A stretch of 64,000 nucleotides of DNA from Candidatus Sericytochromatia bacterium (lineage in GTDB: Bacteria; Cyanobacteriota; Sericytochromatia; UBA7694): assembly GCA_964229355.1 (NCBI GenBank), contig CAXRDE010000023.1:195125-259124 (forward strand), written 5' to 3'. The position numbers and the translations under genes were made by a program. The notes under the pieces are model-generated. The model did not search any database, had not been told where the DNA came from, and saw only the letters and a list, made by a program, of their open reading frames with translations. Positions 1-10,918 of this stretch are shown in pieces. Positions within the stretch are counted from its first letter, which is position 1. Each line of letters begins with the position of its first letter.

Positions 1-1170
1 CAGACGGGCACCGGTAGCACCCAGAGGATGCCCCAGCGCAATCGCGCCACCATTGACGTTGAGTTTGTCACGATCAATTTCGCCAATGGGTGCAGACAGT
101 CCAATTTTATTGGCAAATTCTTGCGAACGGAAACACACTTCGTTGGCCAGCACCTGTGCGGCAAAGGCCTCGTTCATTTCAATCAGGTCAATGTCTTTAA
201 AGGCAACGTTGGCCAGTTCTAAGGCTTTGGGTGTGGCATACGCAGGCCCCAACCCCATGCGTTGGGCTTCTAAAGCCGCCGTGGCGTAAGAACGTACATA
301 ACCCAGAGGCTCCAGGCCCATTTCTTTGGCCAGCTCGGCCTCCATCATGAGCACCATGCCTGCGCCATCGGTCACCGGTGAGGCGTTCCCTGCGGTCACA
401 CTGCCAAAAGCCTTGTCAAAAACGGGCTTCAGTTTATTGAGCTTTTCAACACTGGTATCTGCACGGGGGCCAATATCTTCGGTTACTGCCAGACCACTTT
501 TTTTGTAGTCGGGAATCACCACGGGTAAAATTTCTTCAGCCAGCTTGTCTTTGGCCGCAATGGCGCGCTGGTGGCTGGTGTAAGCAAACGCATCCTGAGC
601 TTCCCGTGAAATCTTGTATTCTTTGGCCAGAATTTCAGCGGTGTGTCCCATGGTCATATCAATCAAGGGATCATTTTGGTTAATAACACTGGGTTTTAAG
701 TGGTTCGGACGCAACTGAGAAAGGGTTTGAATCCGTTGGGCCGGGGTTTTGGCTTTGGCTGCTTTCATAAGAATCGCGGTCAGCTCATCGCTGTAACCAA
801 ACACAGGGATACTGCTCATGGACTCAGCGCCACCCGCCAAAATCACTTTGGCTTGACCAAAACGGATTTTGTCAAAACCCTGGGCAATGGCCTCCATGCC
901 TGAGGCACAATTGCGGTTTACGGTCATGGCCGGAATATGATTAGGTAAGCCTCCCAGGATGGTGGCAATACGGGCCATATTCGCCCCTTCCACGTCCTGA
1001 ATCACGTTTCCGATGATCACTTCATCAATTTTTTCTGCAGGAAAATCTGTTTGGATCATGAGTTCGCGGATCACGCGGGCTGCCAGATCGTAAGCAGGAA
1101 AAGCTTTAAACGCATCATTTGCTTTCACAAAAGGGGTGCGTAAGCCTGCGACAATAACGACTTCTTTCAT
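1..1170 (-). CDS. acetyl-CoA C-acetyltransferase / 3-ketoacyl-CoA thiolase (3' end truncated by window edge)
   Basis: Reverse-strand translation from the ATG at 1168-1170 gives MKEVVIVAGLRTPFVKANDAFKAFPAYDLAARVI...NRNCASGMEAIAQGF. This matches the thiolase N-terminus with the active-site Cys region NRxCxSG. The frame stays open to position 1. Confidence 0.85.
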   Translation of the reverse strand, partial: MKEVVIVAGLRTPFVKANDAFKAFPAYDLAARVIRELMIQTDFPAEKIDEVIIGNVIQDVEGANMARIATILGGLPNHIPAMTVNRNCASGMEAIAQGFDKIRFGQAKVILAGGAESMSSIPVFGYSDELTAILMKAAKAKTPAQRIQTLSQLRPNHLKPSVINQNDPLIDMTMGHTAEILAKEYKISREAQDAFAYTSHQRAIAAKDKLAEEILPVVIPDYKKSGLAVTEDIGPRADTSVEKLNKLKPVFDKAFGSVTAGNASPVTDGAGMVLMMEAELAKEMGLEPLGYVRSYATAALEAQRMGLGPAYATPKALELANVAFKDIDLIEMNEAFAAQVLANEVCFRSQEFANKIGLSAPIGEIDRDKLNVNGGAIALGHPLGATGARL

Positions 1171-1183
1171 ATCAAGCCTCTTT

Positions 1184-2992
1184 CTATGATTCTAATTCCG
1201 TATTTTCGGTATTGAGTTGTTCTAATTGCACGACCCAGTCTTCTAAGACCGCAAAGGCAGATGCGTAGAACGTAGGGTCTTCTAAGTCCAGATCCAACAA
1301 AGCCAACAGCTCCCGCGCGGGGAGGCTTCCACCAGCTTTTAAAAAGCGCTGATAGCGCTCCAAAAAGGCCTCACGTTGATGCTGGTATTGATGCACCAGC
1401 GCCAGGACAATCAAGCCACTTAAGGTGTAGTTGTAGCAATAAAAAGGATACATAAACAGATGGGGAATACGACTCCAGCCACTGGCCTCGGTATCAAGGA
1501 CCTCAATGGCATCTCCGGCACGCTCGCGGGCCAGCTCAAGCCATTGGGTATTGAGTGCGTCTGCATTCAGGGGCTGCTCTGCCCCTTGCTCATGGGCAAA
1601 CACTTCAAAGGCCGTGATTTGCGATTGGCGATACGTGCCATTCATAAAACGCTGTAAGAGATCGCTCAACAGGTAGCGCCTGCTTTGAGGGGCTGGGTTT
1701 TCATCAAGCAAATGCATGGCCAGTAAATACTCATTAAAAGTAGACGCCGTCTCCGCCAGGAACAGCGGGGGCATCATATGCAGAATATTTTCATGGCCAG
1801 CCGTTTGATAAAAATGCACGCCATGCCCCAGCTCGTGGGCCAGGGTATTTAGAGCATTCAGGCTGTCGTTCCAATTCATCAAAATATAAGGATGTGTGTG
1901 GGCTGTAGGCGCACAGAAGGCCCCTGAGGATTTGCCTTTCCCAGGCACCGCATGAATCCAACGCTGACGAAAGAAGCTTTCTGTTTGCGTCAGTAGGTCC
2001 TCACCCAGAGGGGCCAGCGCCTGAAGCAAGGTCTCGCGGCCCGCTTCCCAGCTGACTTCCCAATTGCTTTCTCGCAGGGGCGCATTCACATCGCAAGAGC
2101 GCAGGGTCTCAAGACCCAGCCCTTTTTTTAAGGCCCGGTAATAACGCTGGTAGAGGTCAAAGCGCTGCGAAATCTCATCAAGCAGTTGGTGAATGTGGTG
2201 GGGTTGGAGCTCTTGCTCAAAGGTCTGCTGTCGCAAGGTGCTTTCAAAACCCCGCAAACGGGCTTCTTGAGCGTACTCTTGCAAGAGCGTGTTGTAAATG
2301 TACGTAATAAAGGCGCTGTTTTCACCGTAGGTACCATAGAGCACATCGTAAGCGGTTTTACGCTGGACAGGATCCGATTGTCGTGTGAGATCGGACACCT
2401 GATCTTCGGTCAAATCTGCTTGTGCACCCACTGAAAAACTCCAGGTGGAGGTGGTTTGGGTGTAAAAGTCTAACCACCGTTGACGGCTATAAGGCTGTGT
2501 CAATTGCAGCATACGCTCTTCGGCCGTCGACAATAAGAAGGGTTGAAAAGCACTGGTTTTTCTTAAAAAGTTTGCATAGGGCTTCAGTTCAGGCTGGGTG
2601 GTCAGGGCTTCTACCGTCTCAGGAGAAAGATGGGCAATCCCCTGACGAAAGAATTCGAGTTCGGCACCGGTTTCTGCCAATAAGCGCTGGATTTTGTCTC
2701 GCAGGCGATTGCAGGCTGCGTCCTGGGTCTGAATGCTCCATTCTAAATTCACATAGGTACCCAGGTTATGCAGACGCCCCACCAACTGGGCGTAGAGCCC
2801 TAAAGCCGTAGCCAAAGCGGCAGCATCCGTGTAGATCGCTGGCTGTGCAGAATAGGTGTCGACAAACTGCTGAATGTCGCGCTTTAATTGTTCACAATCC
2901 TTAGCAATGGTCGGGTCATCAAGGCCCTGGTATAGATCTTGCAGGTCCCAAATTTGTTCTTTGAAGTGTTGATTTTTAGTAAGTGTCATCAT
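1184..2992 (-). CDS. pepF: M3B family oligoendopeptidase F
   Basis: 602-aa ORF. It carries the HEXXH zinc motif in the context TLAHELGHGVHFYQ and overall PepF-like length. It lies 13 nt upstream of the thiolase on the same strand. Confidence 0.8.
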   Translation of the reverse strand: MMTLTKNQHFKEQIWDLQDLYQGLDDPTIAKDCEQLKRDIQQFVDTYSAQPAIYTDAAALATALGLYAQLVGRLHNLGTYVNLEWSIQTQDAACNRLRDKIQRLLAETGAELEFFRQGIAHLSPETVEALTTQPELKPYANFLRKTSAFQPFLLSTAEERMLQLTQPYSRQRWLDFYTQTTSTWSFSVGAQADLTEDQVSDLTRQSDPVQRKTAYDVLYGTYGENSAFITYIYNTLLQEYAQEARLRGFESTLRQQTFEQELQPHHIHQLLDEISQRFDLYQRYYRALKKGLGLETLRSCDVNAPLRESNWEVSWEAGRETLLQALAPLGEDLLTQTESFFRQRWIHAVPGKGKSSGAFCAPTAHTHPYILMNWNDSLNALNTLAHELGHGVHFYQTAGHENILHMMPPLFLAETASTFNEYLLAMHLLDENPAPQSRRYLLSDLLQRFMNGTYRQSQITAFEVFAHEQGAEQPLNADALNTQWLELARERAGDAIEVLDTEASGWSRIPHLFMYPFYCYNYTLSGLIVLALVHQYQHQREAFLERYQRFLKAGGSLPARELLALLDLDLEDPTFYASAFAVLEDWVVQLEQLNTENTELES

Positions 2993-3125
2993 GATTTTGG
3001 TATTTTATCACGTTTACCATGTTTTTTGACGCAGTGCGTGATGAGGCTTTTTAAGCTGCCTGACGCAAGTTCCCCGACCATCTGCCGATAATAAAAACAG
3101 CACTAGATATTAAGGAACGGGACTT

Positions 3126-3818
3126 ATGGGAAACAACAGCGTCAATACGGGTAATCCCTTGCTTTCACCCCAACAATTGTGGAGCAAGCCCGCGCCACCT
3201 CGCCCCCAAACCCAACTCCCTGGAACCCTTCCCGTGACGCCCCCCGCCGGACAAAAAGCACCCTCTGCTTTACCCGGCCAAATTCCCACTCAGTTGCCCG
3301 GTACTTTGCCCAGCGCCTCACCTCAGGGTATTACCCCCACCTATACTCCCCCGGTAGACACTCTTGGCGCCCCTCCGCCTCAGGGCAGCTCAATTCCCCA
3401 GGTTCCCTTTACCCAACAGGGGTTACCCCAGGCCCCCGCTACAGCCCCTCCCTCATTGGGACAACTGACGCAGATGTTTCGTTCAGGAGATGACAGTCTG
3501 CTGGGCAAGTACGGGGTACAATTGGCCAAAGATCAACAGGGACAAATTACCGGTTATTTTGTTAACGGTCAACAGGTGACCCAACCCCAACTCCAGCAAC
3601 ATCTTCTGCCCCATGCCAGCTTTTTACATCAGGAACTTGAAAATCTAAAAACGAATGTAGATCAAAGTTACACCGCCGTCTACGGCCAGATGCAAAAAGC
3701 GTTCCCCACCATGACACCGGCTGAGCAGCAATCCATTCAGATTCAAATGCAAGCCGTACACGTGATCTACGAAAGTTTTGTGAACCGCCTAAATCAAATT
3801 GATGGACTGATACGCTAA
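3126..3818 (+). CDS. hypothetical Pro/Gln-rich protein
   Basis: 230-aa ORF with an AAGGAA SD 8 nt upstream of the ATG. The N-terminal half is low-complexity P/Q/T-rich with a duplicated TQLPGTLP motif. The C-terminal ~90 aa is non-repetitive. Confidence 0.5.
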   Translation: MGNNSVNTGNPLLSPQQLWSKPAPPRPQTQLPGTLPVTPPAGQKAPSALPGQIPTQLPGTLPSASPQGITPTYTPPVDTLGAPPPQGSSIPQVPFTQQGLPQAPATAPPSLGQLTQMFRSGDDSLLGKYGVQLAKDQQGQITGYFVNGQQVTQPQLQQHLLPHASFLHQELENLKTNVDQSYTAVYGQMQKAFPTMTPAEQQSIQIQMQAVHVIYESFVNRLNQIDGLIR

Positions 3819-6154
3819 TGCTGAACAATCGCCTTGGAACCCAACCCCTTGATCCCAACATCCTGTTAAAACTTGAAAAAGGAGCTTCAGCCGCCAGTGT
3901 TGCAAAAACCCAGCCGCTGAGTGCCCCTGAAGGCTTGCTCAACCCGGGCTTGCTGGGCGATGCTTTTCGTCAACCACCCAGCACCCAGGGAAGTGTTCCA
4001 GCGCAAACCGGTGCTGTACGCGAGGCCTTAAAGCCCATCGAAATGAAGCCCCTTAGCGCCCCCGTCTCAGCGCCCACTCTGGGCTCCCCTGGCATACAGG
4101 GTCCCAACCTGAGCGACACCGAAGCCACCTTATTGCTGGATCTGTCCGCAAAGCTCGGCGATATGCGCTACCAGAGTCCCATTAATTTTTCACAGGCGGT
4201 CAGTGCTCTACAAAAAATCAACCTGACGGGTAGTCAGGGATTTGCCCAGCTCACCCCCAGCCAACGTCAAATTTTAGACAACCTGGGCATTACCCCTGAA
4301 AACAGCAATAATATTTTGCAAAAACTGTATCAGGTGATCTTACCCGACAGTCAGGGCGGCAATACCTCCAATAGCTTCCAACAGGCAAAAAGCTCCGTGA
4401 ACAGCTTTTTGTCGGGACTGAACCTGCAAGAGCAAGCCATGAGCGTGATTCGCAACGCTGAAGATCTCAATCAGGTGGCCCAACTGGTAGACGGCTTGTC
4501 CGCGGGCGGCATCAGCAGCCTGCTCGCAGATCGCGCTATTGTGGTCAACGATTTGGCCGTGGGCGAAATCAACAGTCAAAACTTTCAGATCACCACCCCC
4601 ATGGACTTTACCGTGGGTCAGGTGTTTGTCAATGCGCAAAACGCACCTGAAAAATTAGATGGTGTGGCCAGCATTCTGCAAAAGGTGAAGCAAAGTTCCC
4701 CCTTAAACCGTGAAGAAACACTGCTCCTGGGTGAGTACGGCCTGTTTGTAAACAAAGACAAACAGCTGCAAACCATGAATGCAGAAAGCCCTTTGCCAGA
4801 ACAATCCATTGCCCAGCTTGAGCAAATGTTAAACACTGTGAAAAGCTCCAGCAACACCGAAATGTACAATCAGGTGATTGGTCAAAGCATTGCCTTACTG
4901 CAATCTTCAGAACAGTATCTGGCGCTATCTGAAAAAGCCCGCACGATGGCTCTGGAATTGGTCAAAGAAACCGATCAAGTGGCCGATAACACAGTGCTTT
5001 TAGATCAGCAGCGCCAACAGGCCAATATTTTGCAAGCCAAGCTGAATACCGAGCAAGACAAGGCCCAAAATCTCGTCAACGCCAGCGCGGTCGTGGATGC
5101 CATTAACGTGGGCTCAACCCAGGGCGGTGGTCCCGTAGGCTTTGGCATCACCAGCGTGACCGCTCCCGCTCTTGGAAGCATGTCTGCGGGGGTATCCGCT
5201 TTCCAAAAGCCTGATTTGAGTCCCGCAGAAATTGCAGACGTCTTTGAAAAAATTGGCATTCAAGTGCAAGAGGGCGCTGGAGGCTACCAGTTTTTCTTAA
5301 ACGGCCGCCAATTGTCCCGCGAAGAAGTTAAAAGCTATGTCACCCAATCGCTCAGCCAGGTGAGTCAGGATCTGGGCAATACGGCCAATGCGTTAAAGCA
5401 TCAGCAAAACAAAGTGAATGCCACCAGTGAAGAAGTCAAAGCAGGCCAACAGCGTGTACGCTCACGTCAGGAAGAACTGGATGTCGTCGAAAGTGAACTG
5501 GCAGCTGCCGAACAGCAATACACCCAAAACCTGAAAACCTATCAGGATATTCGCGACAAAGCCCGCCTGGAATTGCCGCCCGATGAATTGGCCCAATTGG
5601 ATCAGGTTTTGGATCCGATGGTAACGCGCGTGGCCACTGAGGCCTTTATGCATCGCGCCCAAACCCAGGTCATCATTAACGCCGCCGAAGCACGGGCCAC
5701 GCAGGTGATCGCTGAGGCAGATCGCGCCCTCGCGGATCTGGCCCGGGATCAGGAGCAGTGGGACAGCAGTTTAAAAGCAGCCGAAGCCAGCCTCACGGAC
5801 TTGCAAAGCTATTTAAACACCAGCACACCCCTCAAGTCGGATGCTTCAACTGCAGAGACCGATAAGGGAATGCCTGCCCCTGAGGCCCGTCATGAAAGAC
5901 GAGGTTATAACCCGCTAGAACGTCCGGCAAAGTCAGGCACCGCACCACTCAATCCGGTATGGCTGGATCGCCATAGCGCAGAGCTAACCCAAAAAGCCCA
6001 GGAAAAAGCCCAGGCCCAAACACGCAACGAACAAATGTATTTTGAGAACTTGCAAAACGAAAAGCGCTTTGATGCAGACATGCAAAAACAGCGAGAAGCC
6101 GTTGATGCACAACGTCTGGAAGCAAATCGTCGCCGTGCTACTGAAGAGATCTAA
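3818..6154 (+). CDS. hypothetical 778-aa alpha-helical/coiled-coil protein
   Basis: Its start overlaps the upstream stop as TAATG, indicating translational coupling. The protein is Q/A/L/E-rich with long predicted coiled-coil stretches, and I recognise no catalytic motif. Confidence 0.5.
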   Translation: MLNNRLGTQPLDPNILLKLEKGASAASVAKTQPLSAPEGLLNPGLLGDAFRQPPSTQGSVPAQTGAVREALKPIEMKPLSAPVSAPTLGSPGIQGPNLSDTEATLLLDLSAKLGDMRYQSPINFSQAVSALQKINLTGSQGFAQLTPSQRQILDNLGITPENSNNILQKLYQVILPDSQGGNTSNSFQQAKSSVNSFLSGLNLQEQAMSVIRNAEDLNQVAQLVDGLSAGGISSLLADRAIVVNDLAVGEINSQNFQITTPMDFTVGQVFVNAQNAPEKLDGVASILQKVKQSSPLNREETLLLGEYGLFVNKDKQLQTMNAESPLPEQSIAQLEQMLNTVKSSSNTEMYNQVIGQSIALLQSSEQYLALSEKARTMALELVKETDQVADNTVLLDQQRQQANILQAKLNTEQDKAQNLVNASAVVDAINVGSTQGGGPVGFGITSVTAPALGSMSAGVSAFQKPDLSPAEIADVFEKIGIQVQEGAGGYQFFLNGRQLSREEVKSYVTQSLSQVSQDLGNTANALKHQQNKVNATSEEVKAGQQRVRSRQEELDVVESELAAAEQQYTQNLKTYQDIRDKARLELPPDELAQLDQVLDPMVTRVATEAFMHRAQTQVIINAAEARATQVIAEADRALADLARDQEQWDSSLKAAEASLTDLQSYLNTSTPLKSDASTAETDKGMPAPEARHERRGYNPLERPAKSGTAPLNPVWLDRHSAELTQKAQEKAQAQTRNEQMYFENLQNEKRFDADMQKQREAVDAQRLEANRRRATEEI

Positions 6155-6184
6155 GTCTTTTTAGCACCTAACCAAAGGCATAAT

Positions 6185-6219
6185 AAAAGCCAGGGCGCGA
6201 ATCGCGCTCTGGCTTTTTA
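6185..6219. terminator. bidirectional intrinsic terminator between convergent genes
   Basis: AGCCAGGGCGCG-aatc-GCGCTCTGGCT forms an 11-bp stem with one mismatch and is followed by TTTTT. It is flanked by an A-run on the other side and lies between the 3' ends of the 3818..6154 (+) and 6241..7044 (-) genes. Confidence 0.45.
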
Positions 6220-6240
6220 AATCAAGTAGCGAAAAAAGAA

Positions 6241-7044
6241 CTAACGAGCGGTAAACTCAGCCAGGGCTGTACCCCCGTAGTTTGCGGTCGGCTGACCGGA
6301 ATCCACGTTGGCGTCACGCTTCAGACTTGCGGTAACCAGGTAATAGTACTTTTGGCCAGGCACAAGGCGTTTGCCGCTGTTGCTGCCCTGGTTACCGGTC
6401 AGGTCATCCCAGGTAAAGCGGTTATTGGTAAGGTTCCCTGATTTATAAAAAGGGTTGTTTTGACCATCACGCACGTCTAAAGAATAAGATACAGCGCCAT
6501 CTACGGTTCCCCAGGAAAAGTTAACGGGTGTACTGACATTCACAGACTCTTTGTGGGGAGAAAGGCTAGATACCCAACCCACATCCATTTGAGGAACCTG
6601 GTAACTTGAGGCGTTATCACCGTCATAGTCAAAAGGTGAAGTGGTAATGAAAGAGAAGTAACGACCGGTTTGCGCGTCTTCTACAGGATCATAGTACTTG
6701 GTGGTTCCTTGCTCGCGCTCAAGCTCGCTCTGGAGCACAAAAGCAATCCGGTACTGACCGGCAGGAATATTGCTAAAACGGTAGGTCCCTGCACTGTCTG
6801 TGCGGACGATTTGCGCATCAGAATCGCTGCCATTGGCACGACGAATGAGAACCATGGTCGCGTTTTCAGCGGCTGAGCCGTCGGCCTTCACCACAGAACC
6901 TGAGATGCTGGCTTCCTCAGCTCCGGCTCCAGGAGGTAAACCGGTGGTTCCGCCGGGTAAAGTCCCGGGATTACAACTGGTTAAAACAGCACCGGCTAAA
7001 ATAGCCAGGCCCAAAGAGGCGACTTTAAGATGTTTCAGTGTCAT
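6241..7044 (-). CDS. lipoprotein with carboxypeptidase-regulatory-like (CarboxypepD_reg) domain
   Basis: Signal peptide plus lipobox (LAGAVLTSC). The segment GSVVKADGSAAENATMVLIRR...TDSAGTYRFSNIPAGQYRI is typical of CarboxypepD_reg beta-sandwiches. The start was moved to the internal ATG (MTLKHL), which has a GGAG 9 nt upstream; the track start is 7065. Confidence 0.55.
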   Translation of the reverse strand: MTLKHLKVASLGLAILAGAVLTSCNPGTLPGGTTGLPPGAGAEEASISGSVVKADGSAAENATMVLIRRANGSDSDAQIVRTDSAGTYRFSNIPAGQYRIAFVLQSELEREQGTTKYYDPVEDAQTGRYFSFITTSPFDYDGDNASSYQVPQMDVGWVSSLSPHKESVNVSTPVNFSWGTVDGAVSYSLDVRDGQNNPFYKSGNLTNNRFTWDDLTGNQGSNSGKRLVPGQKYYYLVTASLKRDANVDSGQPTANYGGTALAEFTAR

Positions 7045-7288
7045 AGTATTTTGCTCCATAATCATATTAAATTACATGCACAGCTTAACATAATTGAATA
7101 TATTCAACTATCAGCTATACATCCTAAACAGACGCGAAAGCATCAATTTTGTTCATTTTTTTATACGCAGCACCTTCCCCTGAAGTCAGAAATGCCCCCT
7201 GAGAACCGGGCTCTATGCCTTGCCCCGCAGCCCCACAAAGCAGTATGATAGGGAGCACTACACTGAACAGGATCACCTTACCCTAACC

Positions 7289-10200
7289 ATGCGTGCACAC
7301 CTTCTTGAAGCTTTAAAACACCGTATTTTGATATTAGATGGAGCCATGGGCACCATGATCCAAACCTACGGACTCGAAGAAAAAGATTTTCGAGGAGACA
7401 CTTACCTCCATCACCCAACTCCCCTCAAAGGATGCAATGATTTACTTGCATTGACTCGTCCCGACGTCATTTTAGATATTCACACCCGCTTTTTAGAGGC
7501 AGGTGCTGATATTATCGAAACCAATACCTTTAACGCCAATGCCATCAGCATGCTGGATTATGATCTGGTGAATGAAGTGTATCGCCTCAATAAACGCAGT
7601 GCTGAGCTCGCGGTACAAGCCGCCCAAAACGTCAGTCAAAAAACGGGATCTCACCGTTGGGTGGCAGGTTCTATCGGCCCCACCAACCGCACAGCCTCCC
7701 TTTCACCGGACGTGAATGATCCGGCCTTGCGCAATGTCTCTTTTGAAGAACTTGTGCAAGCCTACGCAGAGCAGACACGAGGCCTCATGGATGGCGGCGT
7801 CGACCTCTTATTGCCCGAAACCACCTTTGATACCCTCAATCTAAAAGCCGCTCTTTTTGCCATTGAACAGGTGTTTGAAGAAAAAGGACGCCGACTTCCG
7901 GTCGTTGCGTCGGTTACCATTACGGATGCCAGTGGTCGGACCCTATCCGGGCAGACCCTTTCCGCTTTTTTAACCTCCATCTCTCATCAAGATCTATTGG
8001 GCGTTTCTCTCAACTGCGCCCTCGGCGCCGATGAGATTCGTCCCTTTTTGCAAGAACTGGCCCAGGACGCCGCCATTTACACCGCCTGTTTTCCAAACGC
8101 CGGGCTCCCCAACGCCTTTGGGGGCTACGATGACAGCCCTGAACGCATGGCAGCTCTGCTTCAAGAATACGCAAATCTTGGCTGGCTCAATATTGTGGGA
8201 GGATGCTGTGGCACCCGTCCAGAACACATTCAATACATTGCAGAAGCGGTCAAAGGCATCCCGCCGCGTGTCCCTGCTGCTCCCGCCAAATATCCGCAAT
8301 TCAGTGGCTTAGAACGCCTGGAGGTGCGCCCTGAAAGCAACTTCCTATTGGTGGGAGAACGCACAAATATTACCGGCTCACGGAAATTTGCTCGCCTGAT
8401 CCGCGATGGGGATTTTGAAGCGGCCGTTCAGGTGGCCCGTCAACAGGTAGAAAGCGGCGCGAATATTTTAGATGTCAATATGGACGAAGGCCTGATTGAT
8501 TCCGTGGCGGCCATGAAGACCTTTCTCAATTTAATTGCCACAGAACCCGAAATCACACGAATTCCCGTCATGATTGACTCTTCGCGCTGGGAAGTGTTAG
8601 AAGCAGGTCTACAATGCTTACAAGGCAAATGTATTGTCAATTCGATTTCCCTTAAGGACGGGGAAGAACTCTTTTTAGAACGGGCCCGTAAAATTCAGCG
8701 CTATGGTGCTGCCGCAGTGGTCATGGCCTTTGATGAAACCGGTCAGGCCACCCGTACCGAAGACAAAATAAGCATTTGCCAACGGGCGTATCGTCTGCTT
8801 ACCGGCATCGGCTTTTCGCCCCAAAATATTATTTTTGACCCCAATATTTTGACCGTGGCTACAGGTATGGAAGAGCACAACGGATACGCTTTGGCCTTCT
8901 TTGAAGCCCTGGCACCCATTAAAGCGAGCTGCCCAGGGGCTTTAATTAGCGGTGGCGTGAGCAACGTTTCCTTCTCGTTTCGAGGCAATGATTTTGTGCG
9001 CGAAGCCATGCACGCGGTCTTTCTTTACCATGCCATTCAACAGGGCTTAGACATGGGCATTGTCAACGCGGGTCAATTACAGGTTTACGCAGATATTCCG
9101 ACGGTGCTGCGCGACGCCATTGAAGATGTGTACTTCGACCGCCATCCCCAGGCCACCGAAAACCTCTTAACCCTTTCAGAGCAATATCAAAATGCGGCGC
9201 AAAAGCAGCAGCAACTCAGTCCTGAATGGCGCAAAGAAGCCCTGGCAAAACGCCTGGCCTATGCCCTTCGCCATGGGATTACGGAGTTTTTGATCACCGA
9301 TTTAGAAGAGGCTCTGGCACAAGACATGAGCCCACTGGCCATTATTGAAGGTCCCATGATGGACGGCATGAATGAAGTGGGAGACCTGTTTGGAGCCGGT
9401 AAAATGTTTTTGCCCCAGGTGGTTAAAAGTGCGCGAGTGATGAAACAGGCGGTCGCCTTTTTAGAACCCCTGATGAAAAAAGAGGATCAGCAACGCCATA
9501 CCAAGGGCAAAATTTTAATGGCCACGGTGAAAGGCGACGTCCACGACATCGGCAAAAATATTGTGGGCGTGGTCATGGCTTGTAATCACTACGATGTCAT
9601 TGATATCGGGGTGATGGTGCCCGCTGAGAAAATCCTGGCGGAAGCGAAGGCCCACCAGGTGGACGTCATCGGCTTAAGTGGACTGATTACACCTTCTTTA
9701 GATGAAATGGTGCATGTGGCACAAGAAATGGAACGCCAACAGTTTAAGGTCCCCTTGCTCATTGGGGGCGCCACCACCAGTAAAAAACATACCGCCGTCA
9801 AAATTGCCCCGGCCTATGGCAATGAAGTGGTGCATGTCAGCGATGCATCTCGCTCAGTGGGCACCTTGCGCGATCTGCTCACCCCTGAGTTCAGAGAGCG
9901 CTTCTTAAGCAATTTACAAAAAGACCAACAGCATTTGAGAGAACGTTTTGCTGCCCAGCAAAAAGACACCGCTTACCGCAGCCTTAGCGAAGCCCGTGAA
10001 CACGCTCCCGAGCTGGATTGGTCTAACTATACCCCACCCCTCCCCGCCTTTACAGGGGTGAAACAGCTACGGGATATTCCCATCAAAGAAATTGTGCCCT
10101 TTATTGACTGGACACCCTTTTTCATCACCTGGGAACTTCACGGCGTCTATCCGCGTATTCTGGAAGACGCAACCGTGGGCCAGGCGGCCCGCGACTTGTT

Positions 10201-10918
10201 TGCTCAGGCCCAAACCATGTTGGACCAAATTGTCGACGAGGGTTGGCTCAAAGCCCACGCCGCTTTTGGTTTTTTTAGCGCCCAACGCCAGGGCGATGAT
10301 ATTCAAATTCAAACGGAACAGGGACCGGTGGTCATTCATACGCTACGTCAACAGCACGCCAAAAAAGGCCCGAACTATGCCCTGGCCGACTTTATTGCGC
10401 CTTCAGGCCATCAGGATCACCTGGGTGCTTTTGTGGTAACGACCGGAGACGGTATTGAAACCCATTTACAACGCTTTCGGGCTGCGCAGGATGACTTTAG
10501 TGCGATCATGCTGCAGGCCCTGGCGGATCGTCTGGCAGAAGCGCTCGCCGAAAAGTTGCACAAAGAGGTCCGTGAACAATGGGGCACGCCAGACAGTCCC
10601 GATTTAAGCCTTCACGATCTGATCAAAGAGCGCTATCCGGGCATTCGACCCGCCCCGGGTTATCCCGCATGCCCGGATCATACCGAAAAGCGCACCCTCT
10701 TCACCTTGCTAGGCGCCGAGGCATTGGGCGTACATTTAACCGAACATTGTGCCATGTACCCCACCGCCTCGGTGAGTGGTTGGTATTTTTCGCATCCTGA
10801 AAGTCGCTATTTTAGCCTGGGTAAAATTCTCAATGATCAGCTAACAGAGTATGCACAACGGAAAGGCTGGTCGGCCACAGAGGCCCGACAGTGGCTCCGA
10901 CCTAACCTGGATCTTTAA
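7289..10918 (+). CDS. metH: cobalamin-dependent methionine synthase
   Basis: Four-module architecture. It begins with an Hcy-binding module ([25 protein letters not shown]) and a pterin-binding module. The B12 domain carries the DxHxxG motif ([11 protein letters not shown]), and a C-terminal AdoMet-activation domain completes it. The track start at 7220 is a TTG extension; the canonical ATG is at 7289. Confidence 0.9.
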   Translation: MRAHLLEALKHRILILDGAMGTMIQTYGLEEKDFRGDTYLHHPTPLKGCNDLLALTRPDVILDIHTRFLEAGADIIETNTFNANAISMLDYDLVNEVYRLNKRSAELAVQAAQNVSQKTGSHRWVAGSIGPTNRTASLSPDVNDPALRNVSFEELVQAYAEQTRGLMDGGVDLLLPETTFDTLNLKAALFAIEQVFEEKGRRLPVVASVTITDASGRTLSGQTLSAFLTSISHQDLLGVSLNCALGADEIRPFLQELAQDAAIYTACFPNAGLPNAFGGYDDSPERMAALLQEYANLGWLNIVGGCCGTRPEHIQYIAEAVKGIPPRVPAAPAKYPQFSGLERLEVRPESNFLLVGERTNITGSRKFARLIRDGDFEAAVQVARQQVESGANILDVNMDEGLIDSVAAMKTFLNLIATEPEITRIPVMIDSSRWEVLEAGLQCLQGKCIVNSISLKDGEELFLERARKIQRYGAAAVVMAFDETGQATRTEDKISICQRAYRLLTGIGFSPQNIIFDPNILTVATGMEEHNGYALAFFEALAPIKASCPGALISGGVSNVSFSFRGNDFVREAMHAVFLYHAIQQGLDMGIVNAGQLQVYADIPTVLRDAIEDVYFDRHPQATENLLTLSEQYQNAAQKQQQLSPEWRKEALAKRLAYALRHGITEFLITDLEEALAQDMSPLAIIEGPMMDGMNEVGDLFGAGKMFLPQVVKSARVMKQAVAFLEPLMKKEDQQRHTKGKILMATVKGDVHDIGKNIVGVVMACNHYDVIDIGVMVPAEKILAEAKAHQVDVIGLSGLITPSLDEMVHVAQEMERQQFKVPLLIGGATTSKKHTAVKIAPAYGNEVVHVSDASRSVGTLRDLLTPEFRERFLSNLQKDQQHLRERFAAQQKDTAYRSLSEAREHAPELDWSNYTPPLPAFTGVKQLRDIPIKEIVPFIDWTPFFITWELHGVYPRILEDATVGQAARDLFAQAQTMLDQIVDEGWLKAHAAFGFFSAQRQGDDIQIQTEQGPVVIHTLRQQHAKKGPNYALADFIAPSGHQDHLGAFVVTTGDGIETHLQRFRAAQDDFSAIMLQALADRLAEALAEKLHKEVREQWGTPDSPDLSLHDLIKERYPGIRPAPGYPACPDHTEKRTLFTLLGAEALGVHLTEHCAMYPTASVSGWYFSHPESRYFSLGKILNDQLTEYAQRKGWSATEARQWLRPNLDL

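Noticed and set aside
3084-3091. Exact GCCGATAA (sigma28/FliA -10 consensus) upstream of the Pro-rich/coiled-coil gene pair
   Set aside because: No TAAA-type -35 element at the required ~15-nt spacing. An 8-mer is expected about twice by chance in 64 kb counting both strands, so it is kept only as a weak hint.
7220-7288. Upstream extension of metH to a TTG at 7220 given by the ORF track
   Set aside because: The canonical MetH N-terminus begins at the ATG at 7289 (MRAHLLEAL...). The 23 extra codons are not conserved-looking and start with TTG.
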